Source of the DNA: Anaerolineales bacterium
GTDB lineage: Bacteria > Chloroflexota > Anaerolineae > Anaerolineales > UBA4823
Direction: 5' to 3'
NCBI GenBank assembly: GCA_041912175.1
Contig: JAYRNN010000209.1
Coordinates: 1 to 55,375 of the forward strand
Length of the DNA stretch: 55,375 bases
The translations under genes were made by a program, and so were the position numbers. The notes beneath the pieces were generated by a model that was not told the DNA's origin, did not search any database, and saw nothing but the letters and a program-made list of their open reading frames with translations. Shown piece by piece: positions 48,988 to 55,375 of this stretch (positions are counted from its first letter, which is position 1; each line of letters opens with the position of its first letter).

Positions 48988-49980
48988 ATGCCTAGTCCCC
49001 TAAAAGCCGGTGAGGTTTTGCGTGGACGCTACCGGATCAGCCGGATTATCGGCCAGGGCGGTATGGGAAGTATTTACCTGGCCGACGATCTACGTCTAGA
49101 AGGTCGTCAATGTGCTCTAAAAGAAGTGGAGCATGATCGCAGCCTCTCTGCCGAATTGGTCAAACAGGCCCGAGAACAATTTTTTCGGGAAGCGACTGTC
49201 TTGGCGCGCCTGGACCATCCGAACTTGCCAAAGGTCTCCGACTTTTTCTCGATCGGGGGCAGGGATTATCTGGTCATGGATTATGTGCCGGGTAAAGATT
49301 TGCGCACCTTAATGAATGAAGCCCGGCAAAACGGCGCGTTCCTACCTGAAATCGATGTTTTAGGCTGGGCAAACCAATTGGCCGATGCGCTTGCCTATAT
49401 GCACAGCCAACGCCCACCAATCCTCCACCGGGATATCAAGCCCAGCAACTTGAAAGTAACTCCTTCCGGCTTGCTGAAGTTAGTCGATTTTGGTCTCGTT
49501 AAAATCCTGGCGACCGATGATGTGACCGTCACTGTTTTGCAAGGCCGTGGCACTGCGCTTTATACCCCCTTAGAACAATATGGCGGCGACGCCGGTCATA
49601 CCGACACCCGCAGCGATATCTATGCTTTTGGCGCGACTCTCTACCATCTGCTTACCAACCACCCACCCCCAGAGGCGCGCGAGCTGTTTTTGCACCCTGA
49701 TAAATTAACCCCGCCGCGTCAGCTAAACCCTACACTGGACGCTCGCACAGAGAAAGCCATTCTTTGGGCGATGAGCTTGCACCCGGATGAGCGGCCCCAG
49801 GATATCGATGCGTTTCGCAGCGCGTTGCTTGGCGAGCAACCGATTCACCAATCGAGATCGTATAACCGATCGCCCGGCGCGCTCATCGAAGACACGGATA
49901 CAACATCAACCGAGCGCGTGTTGCTATTCCTATCTGTAGGTATTTTTATTATCAGTTTGTTGATTACTTTATTTCGATAA
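48988..49980 (+). CDS. Hanks-type Ser/Thr protein kinase, tail-anchored (single C-terminal TM, no extracellular domain)
   Basis: GQGGMGSIY (G-loop), ALKEV (VAIK-like Lys), HRDIKPSNL (catalytic loop), DFG, and a TALYTPLE (APE-like) motif. It ends in the TM helix [19 protein letters not shown], followed by a single Arg and the stop. Confidence 0.9.
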   Translation: MPSPLKAGEVLRGRYRISRIIGQGGMGSIYLADDLRLEGRQCALKEVEHDRSLSAELVKQAREQFFREATVLARLDHPNLPKVSDFFSIGGRDYLVMDYVPGKDLRTLMNEARQNGAFLPEIDVLGWANQLADALAYMHSQRPPILHRDIKPSNLKVTPSGLLKLVDFGLVKILATDDVTVTVLQGRGTALYTPLEQYGGDAGHTDTRSDIYAFGATLYHLLTNHPPPEARELFLHPDKLTPPRQLNPTLDARTEKAILWAMSLHPDERPQDIDAFRSALLGEQPIHQSRSYNRSPGALIEDTDTTSTERVLLFLSVGIFIISLLITLFR

Positions 49981-52830
49981 GCCGGTAACGATCTGCCAGG
50001 ACCAGGCGATCAACACACCCAAAACCGCGCCGCCCAGCGTGGCAAGAAAAACTCCCAACTGTACCGATTCCCCCGATAAAATTTGGCTGCCAGGCAATTG
50101 GAGTGTAAGATAGGTGTAGGCGGATAACCCTCCGATCAAAGCCAATAAACCCGCGCGTATCCCCCAACGTAAAGAGCGCGAATTACTGATGTATTTATAC
50201 ACTAACCAGGCGAAGCTGGAGGCGAGCAATAATGCCATCAACCAATCTCCAAGCATTGGGCCGGCAGGCGGTTCCTGCGATACCGTCGCCTGGCTGACAG
50301 GGTTGATGGTCGCGGTGGCCGTTGGCTCGCTGGTGGGCGTAGGCGCATCTGTAGGCGTGACAAGTTCATCTTCGTTAGGCGCCGGGATTTCCAATTGCAT
50401 CGGATTGGATTTCGCCGGTTCACTGACGGCTTGGATCTCCAGAGTACCCGAGCCCGGGACGGTGTAGGTGATGCGTGCTACTCCGCCGATCGTGGTTTGG
50501 GTCTGGCGCAGCGGGGTAGCCTGACCGCCAAGGTTGAAGCTGAACTCAACCGGCGTTCCATCCGGAACCGGGTGACGGTTGAGATCTACGATCACGCCGG
50601 TTCGGATCGGGATAACGTCTCCAACGTGGTATATAGGGGACGGCGTCGGCTCGGGTGTGCCGTTGGTCTGGCTTGTCTCCGCCTGCGGCAGATCAAGCTC
50701 TAGCGGGATCACCTGGGCGGGGTCGGGAAACAGGGCGGTATTCAGGTCATAGCTAATGCCCGGGATCGAAACCGGCGAGCTGCCATCGGCGCGCAACTCC
50801 TGAAATAAGAGGTATGCGGCGATATCCACAAACTGTGGCGCTTTGCTGTAGAGCCCATAATAGGCCGTCAGCTTAGAAATATTTGTCGCATCCAGAAAGT
50901 AAGGGGCGTTTAGAGCAAAAACAATCAGCCGTTTTTTCTGGAACAGGTCAGGGCGCTCGGTAAGGAAACGGCTCAGGGTTTGGTAGGATGGTACGCGTTG
51001 GCTGGCATCCAGCATGCTAAAAACAATCCAATTCGCCCGGCTCAGACTGCGCTCGATTTGCGCCGCGTTATCCGTTCCATCCAACATACGTTGTAGATCC
51101 TCAAGACTGTAAGAGACCAGGTTCGAAGGCGTCACCTGATCGCCGGCCTGGGGACCATAAAGCCGCAAGACCGCCTGTTCTAAAGCTCGCTTGGCCACCA
51201 GCGGCTCTTCTGCGCATTGGCTGCACTGGCTGGCGCTTCGCGTGTCGGTAATAAATACAAGCCTGTCATTCTGATTGGGTGGGTCGGGAATAGTGTCGTC
51301 CAGTTCGGCCTGCGTCGGACTGATCAACGTGGCAGCCTGGCGGGCGACATCGAAGGTTACCTGCCCAGAATCCCCGATCTGTATGTCCGGCGTGCTTGGG
51401 ACAAGTACATTATCCAGGGTGAAGTCATCGTACAAGCGGTATTTCAACGTAAGGATGCGCAGCGCTGATTCGTCGACACGCTGTGCAAAGGCCGGATCTT
51501 CGCGATATTTCTGCGCAAAAAATTCAAATGTCCGCCTGGCTGAAGTGATCGAGTCCAGATCTTCAGAAGAGAAATCGCCGACGTAAAGCAAGTCGTTGCC
51601 GGCCAAAAAAGCGTTCAGGGCAACCCGCCGCGGCATATCAAAGGCCTGGCTGGTCAGATCATAAAACCCTCTAACCGCCCGGCTGCCCAGGTTGTCGCTC
51701 ACCATCAACCCGCCATTCTGACGCCATTTGTCGAAATCAGGCAGGCTGAGCAGTAATTTCAAGGCCTGCGGGTCAAAGCTAACCGGCCGGGTGGTGGCCC
51801 GAATATTTCCCTGGAAGCCCTGATAACGAATGTGGGCTGTCAACAGACCATCGGTGGTGGTCTCTTGGGATGGCGCTTTGCCGGTCACATCGATAAAAGG
51901 CGCCAATTCGAACCCCAGTAACTGGTCCAGGGATTTCCGCACCGTAGCGACTTCTTCTTCGGGGAGTCGATCAGATCCCCCATGCCCAGGAAAATGCTTT
52001 GCGATGACGGCCAGGCGCCCGCTGCTGCCGGTGTGTAGCCCTTCAATATAAGCCTGGCCCATTTGCCCTACCCAGAACGGATCGCCGCCGAAGGTGCGCG
52101 TACCCAGGTTGCTGGCCGCCTCGGTATGCGGGGATTCCAAGACGTCCAGCGACGGACCCAGGATCAAGTTGAAACCAATCGTGCTCATCTCATGCCCCAA
52201 TACGGCGCCAACTTGTTTGGCCAGATCTGTATTCCAGGTCGCCCCCAGCGCCATTCCATTGGGCAATTCGGTGACGCCGTTTAAGATTTGGTCGTAAGGG
52301 TAACCATCTCCTTCCTGGGAGATGCCGATATACAGAGGGATATAGGCAGGAGTAAAGCTTTCGCCGGTGACTGAATTGACCCGGCTTTCTCTGGATGCAT
52401 CTCTACGAGCAGTTTGGAGCTGGCGGGTCAGGCTGATGGCATTGTTCACCGTTTGGCCGTCATCGGTGAAATTGTTGTTGGCGGCCAGGAGTACGACGCC
52501 CCCCACATAGTAGTTGGTGATCAGATCGTAAATATCGCTTCCCGCCCCGGCGTTGTCGCCTTCGAAAGTCACCAGAAATAGCTGACCGACGCGTTCTTCG
52601 GGCGTCATCCCCGCTAACATAGCCTGGGCTTTTTCGTTGGCTACTGCAAATGGGTTGGGGGTAGGGGTCTGTTGCTGCGCGAGATCACCGCTCAACCAAC
52701 CTTGCGGCCAGGCGCCTGCTGATGCGACCTGGGAGGGTAAAAGGAGCGATAATATGAATCCAAACAGCACAATCCAGTGGATGGCGGTTTGGATTGTAGG
52801 CGGCTTTAAATCAATCAGGCGGTTTCTCAT
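49969..52830 (-). CDS. Glycoside hydrolase family 3 (NagZ-like beta-N-acetylhexosaminidase domain) multidomain protein with C-terminal polytopic membrane anchor
   Basis: Signal peptide, then the GH3 N-domain with [16 protein letters not shown] and [13 protein letters not shown] long middle region leads to a P/T linker and 3-4 C-terminal TM helices. The 3' end overlaps the convergent kinase gene by 12 nt. Confidence 0.8.
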   Translation of the reverse strand: MRNRLIDLKPPTIQTAIHWIVLFGFILSLLLPSQVASAGAWPQGWLSGDLAQQQTPTPNPFAVANEKAQAMLAGMTPEERVGQLFLVTFEGDNAGAGSDIYDLITNYYVGGVVLLAANNNFTDDGQTVNNAISLTRQLQTARRDASRESRVNSVTGESFTPAYIPLYIGISQEGDGYPYDQILNGVTELPNGMALGATWNTDLAKQVGAVLGHEMSTIGFNLILGPSLDVLESPHTEAASNLGTRTFGGDPFWVGQMGQAYIEGLHTGSSGRLAVIAKHFPGHGGSDRLPEEEVATVRKSLDQLLGFELAPFIDVTGKAPSQETTTDGLLTAHIRYQGFQGNIRATTRPVSFDPQALKLLLSLPDFDKWRQNGGLMVSDNLGSRAVRGFYDLTSQAFDMPRRVALNAFLAGNDLLYVGDFSSEDLDSITSARRTFEFFAQKYREDPAFAQRVDESALRILTLKYRLYDDFTLDNVLVPSTPDIQIGDSGQVTFDVARQAATLISPTQAELDDTIPDPPNQNDRLVFITDTRSASQCSQCAEEPLVAKRALEQAVLRLYGPQAGDQVTPSNLVSYSLEDLQRMLDGTDNAAQIERSLSRANWIVFSMLDASQRVPSYQTLSRFLTERPDLFQKKRLIVFALNAPYFLDATNISKLTAYYGLYSKAPQFVDIAAYLLFQELRADGSSPVSIPGISYDLNTALFPDPAQVIPLELDLPQAETSQTNGTPEPTPSPIYHVGDVIPIRTGVIVDLNRHPVPDGTPVEFSFNLGGQATPLRQTQTTIGGVARITYTVPGSGTLEIQAVSEPAKSNPMQLEIPAPNEDELVTPTDAPTPTSEPTATATINPVSQATVSQEPPAGPMLGDWLMALLLASSFAWLVYKYISNSRSLRWGIRAGLLALIGGLSAYTYLTLQLPGSQILSGESVQLGVFLATLGGAVLGVLIAWSWQIVTGLSK

Positions 52831-52907
52831 CCACCTTATTTATACCACCTTTGAGCCTCTATCGAACCAAATTAAAGCTTAATCTGGGCTTAGCCTTTTT
52901 AGCCGGC

Positions 52908-53729
52908 TTATAAACCGGCTTCTGCGGCAATAATCTCGTGCAGTAATTGGCGTCGTTCAGTCCCGCTGAGCGATTCTAAGCGGCGGATGCCAAGCGGGTC
53001 AATCTCCTGGCGGAGCAGGCGTAATTCATCGGGCGTAGGCGGCGGCGTCTCACACGCACCCGGCGCAATTTCGAGCTCAAAACCTGTGCGGGCCTGGATT
53101 TGGGAGATGGCGACCCCTGGGTGATAACTGGTAAGGCGCATACGTCCTTCTGCGAAATCGAACTGCCCCAGGTCCGAAACAAGATAGCACGGACCGGCGC
53201 CGCGCCGGCGCGCAGGATTGTGTCCCAGCCCGGACAAAAAGTCCAATTCTTCGACGAAAGTGACCCGCGAATGACGGGGGACATACAAATACATGTGCTC
53301 GACAAAGGTGGTTACATCCGGAATACCGCCGGAGCCGGGAAGCCGCATGCGCGGGCGGCGATAATCTTTGCCGAAGGCGATGTTGTTGAAATTTCCAAAT
53401 TTGTCCACTTGAGCCGGGCGGAAGAATTCTTTTGGCTTCATCGTGGGTAAAATGTCGGTTGCCACAGCCACGAAACCGACGCTGATCAGCGACCGATCAA
53501 GCCAAAGGCTTTCTACCCGGGTTAAACCAAGCGGGGCGGGTTCGCGGCACAGGCTTTGCCCGATGGCCGAGGCAAAATAGAGATCGGGAGCATGCGTGTG
53601 GCGGGCCAGGAGATATCCCGCAGCGACTAAGGGGGTCGCCAGGCCTTGAACGACGACCTCACCCGCCGCGATCTGGCGCGCGATGCAGACAACCATCATC
53701 TCATCGATTGTAAAGGGCGCGCCGGTCAT
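52908..53729 (-). CDS. Family-I CoA-transferase subunit B (GctB-like)
   Basis: N-terminus FTIDEMMVVCIARQI, AQVDKFGNFNN, and the GSGGIPDV oxyanion-type motif typical of CoA-transferase beta subunits. ATGA overlap with the upstream glpQ-like gene. Confidence 0.8.
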   Translation of the reverse strand: MTGAPFTIDEMMVVCIARQIAAGEVVVQGLATPLVAAGYLLARHTHAPDLYFASAIGQSLCREPAPLGLTRVESLWLDRSLISVGFVAVATDILPTMKPKEFFRPAQVDKFGNFNNIAFGKDYRRPRMRLPGSGGIPDVTTFVEHMYLYVPRHSRVTFVEELDFLSGLGHNPARRRGAGPCYLVSDLGQFDFAEGRMRLTSYHPGVAISQIQARTGFELEIAPGACETPPPTPDELRLLRQEIDPLGIRRLESLSGTERRQLLHEIIAAEAGL

Positions 53730-54526
53730 GGAAGACGTGTCTCGCTCGGCGAGCGGTGCGGTTTGGCGCGATTGCGGATTTGCAGCGCCAGGAGGGGATT
53801 GTCGGTGAACACACCATCCACACCCATCCGAAACAAGCGCTCTAGCTCTACCTTTTCATTTACTGTGTAAGTCAACACGCTCCGGCTGCCCCGGTGCATA
53901 CGGGCGATCATCTGCGGGGTGACATCACGGTACTCCGGGTTTAAGGATTGGTAGCGCACCAGCAGCCGTCCAACCCATGAGCGCGCCAACCAGCCGCGCC
54001 CTCCCGGTAGGGCGAGCAGCGCCAGCGGGGCCTCTGGCAGCAGGCCTTGAACGCGTCGTAAGGCAATGGGATTAAAGGAAGAGAATATGACGTGACGGGT
54101 TAATTTCAGGCGTTTCACCAACGCGGCGGCTTTATTGGGGAGCTGGTCTGTAACCGACGTGTAATTGGTCAGCTCGATGTTTACCAAGGTAAGCTGGCCG
54201 ATGGCTTTCAGGACTTCTTCCAGGGTTGGAATTGGCTCCCCGCGGAAGGCGACATCGAAATGGCTGCCGGCGTCAAGCTTGCGGATTTCGGCCAGAGTTA
54301 GATCTTTAACCCGACCCGTTCCCTCCGTGGTGCGATCCACCGTTTGGTCATGTATTACCACGATCTGGCCATCTGAGGTGAGTTTTGCATCCAACTCGAC
54401 CGCATCTGTCCCCTGCCGCAAGGCCAGCTCGAAAGCAGCCAGGGTGTTCTCCGGGGCATGCGCGCTTGCCCCTCGGTGGGCGAATACAATCGGGCGGGGG
54501 AGTTCATTGAACATAGCTGCCACCAT
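53726..54526 (-). CDS. glpQ: Glycerophosphodiester phosphodiesterase
   Basis: GDPD signature FAHRGASAHAPENTLAAFELALRQGTDAVELD, then VIHD and the late blocks VNIELT and GVDGVFTDNP. Confidence 0.9.
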   Translation of the reverse strand: MVAAMFNELPRPIVFAHRGASAHAPENTLAAFELALRQGTDAVELDAKLTSDGQIVVIHDQTVDRTTEGTGRVKDLTLAEIRKLDAGSHFDVAFRGEPIPTLEEVLKAIGQLTLVNIELTNYTSVTDQLPNKAAALVKRLKLTRHVIFSSFNPIALRRVQGLLPEAPLALLALPGGRGWLARSWVGRLLVRYQSLNPEYRDVTPQMIARMHRGSRSVLTYTVNEKVELERLFRMGVDGVFTDNPLLALQIRNRAKPHRSPSETRLP

Positions 54527-54610
54527 TCGGAGTGATTTGGGCGGATTTTGTCAATCACCCAGGATTATAGCATGCAATCGCCAGTATTCAATCCCGTGAT
54601 GCTTTAGATT

Positions 54611-54638
54611 TTGCTCATTTGGCGGCTTGGGTTATAAT
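54611..54638 (+). promoter_or_regulatory. Promoter predicted to give a leaderless GT2 transcript
   Basis: TTGCTC (54611-54616), a 16-nt spacer, then TATAAT (54633-54638). The ATG at 54646 lies 7 nt downstream of the -10 box with no Shine-Dalgarno sequence. Confidence 0.45.
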
Positions 54639-54645
54639 CTGCGGC

Positions 54646-55329
54646 ATGAAAATAAGCGTGATAATCCCTGCATACAATGAAATAAAAACGATTGAAGAAA
54701 TCTTGCGCCGCGTCAGAGCGACACAAGTTGTGGATGAGATTGTCGTTATCGATGACGGCTCGATCGATGGGACGCGCGACTTGCTGCGCAGCCTGGATGG
54801 CGCCGGCGGCCTGCATGCGCTTTTCCATGAGCGTAACCAGGGCAAAGGCGCAGCAGTTACCACCGGCATCGCCGCAGCTACGGGGGACGTGCTCATCATC
54901 CAAGACGCCGACCTGGAATATGACCCGCGCGATTATCCTGCGTTGCTCAAGCCGATCCAGGAAGGCATCGCCGAGGTGGTCTATGGCTCCCGGTTCCTGG
55001 GCGGCCCGCGCCGGCCGACCATGTTCTGGCATATGGTGGCCAACAAAATGCTGACCCTGATGACCAACATCCTGTATAACAATATCTTGACCGATATGGA
55101 GACGGGCTATAAGGTATTTCGGCGCGAATCTCTACAAGGCATCGTCATCCACGCGCGCCGTTTCGATTTCGAGCCTGAATTTACAGCCAAAGTGCTCAAG
55201 CGGAAGATTCGCATTTATGAAGTGCCGATCAGCTTTAACCCGCGTGACTATGCTGAGGGAAAAAAGATCAAGCTCAAAGATGCCTTTGCTGCGGTGTGGA
55301 CCTTGATCAAATATCGTTTTGTGGATTAG
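54646..55329 (+). CDS. Family-2 glycosyltransferase (polyprenol-phosphate sugar synthase-like)
   Basis: [31 protein letters not shown] (DxD) and VYGSRF, typical of GT2 Dpm1-like enzymes. Confidence 0.9.
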   Translation: MKISVIIPAYNEIKTIEEILRRVRATQVVDEIVVIDDGSIDGTRDLLRSLDGAGGLHALFHERNQGKGAAVTTGIAAATGDVLIIQDADLEYDPRDYPALLKPIQEGIAEVVYGSRFLGGPRRPTMFWHMVANKMLTLMTNILYNNILTDMETGYKVFRRESLQGIVIHARRFDFEPEFTAKVLKRKIRIYEVPISFNPRDYAEGKKIKLKDAFAAVWTLIKYRFVD

Positions 55330-55375
55330 TCGTCACTGAAAGCGCTGGATTTTAAGTCGATCACGTTGAGCTGGA

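Overview
This is a dense 55.4-kb chromosomal segment with about 47 protein-coding genes. I recognised no rRNA, tRNA, CRISPR array, transposase or integrase. Gene content suggests a Chloroflexota (Anaerolineae/Dehalococcoidia-like) bacterium, but that is inference only: a bacterial Elp3, lipoproteins with long Ala/Pro or Pro/Thr linkers, several apparently leaderless genes, and many 4-8 nt stop/start overlaps.

Content in order:
- A partial C39-like/LysM protein.
- A head-to-head pair of Trm9-like methyltransferase and Elp3. Elp3 is coupled to two short-chain chromate-transporter paralogs and a universal stress protein.
- A LacI-controlled sugar locus: CUT1-type ABC binding protein, two permeases, GH1 beta-glucosidase, a trehalose synthase interrupted by one in-frame TAG, LacI, ROK fructokinase and amylosucrase.
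- A long-form formate-tetrahydrofolate ligase.
- Glycerolipid genes: two PlsC-like acyltransferases, gpsA and a flippase-like membrane protein.
- A secreted S8 protease with two coupled unknown proteins.
- tilS, cobB, mutL and a HAD nucleotidase.
- An envelope protease triad (S41 Ctp, YugP-type Zn peptidase, HtrA).
- uppP, tgt, two aminotransferases and an orphan GAF-PAS histidine kinase.
- A CpXC zinc-ribbon protein.
- A divergent pair of Ser/Thr kinase and FHA-wHTH regulator.
- A membrane-anchored GH3, glpQ, and a GT2.
- The two subunits of a family-I CoA-transferase, encoded 16 kb apart.

The most interesting candidates are (1) the bacterial Elp3 + Trm9-like cassette, a possible eukaryote/archaea-type (m)cm5U34 pathway, and (2) the kinase/FHA-wHTH module with TTGCAA repeats in its shared control region.

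All calls come from reading the sequence, the ORF-track translations and remembered family motifs. No database searches were run. Small-motif coordinates may be off by 1-2 nt.
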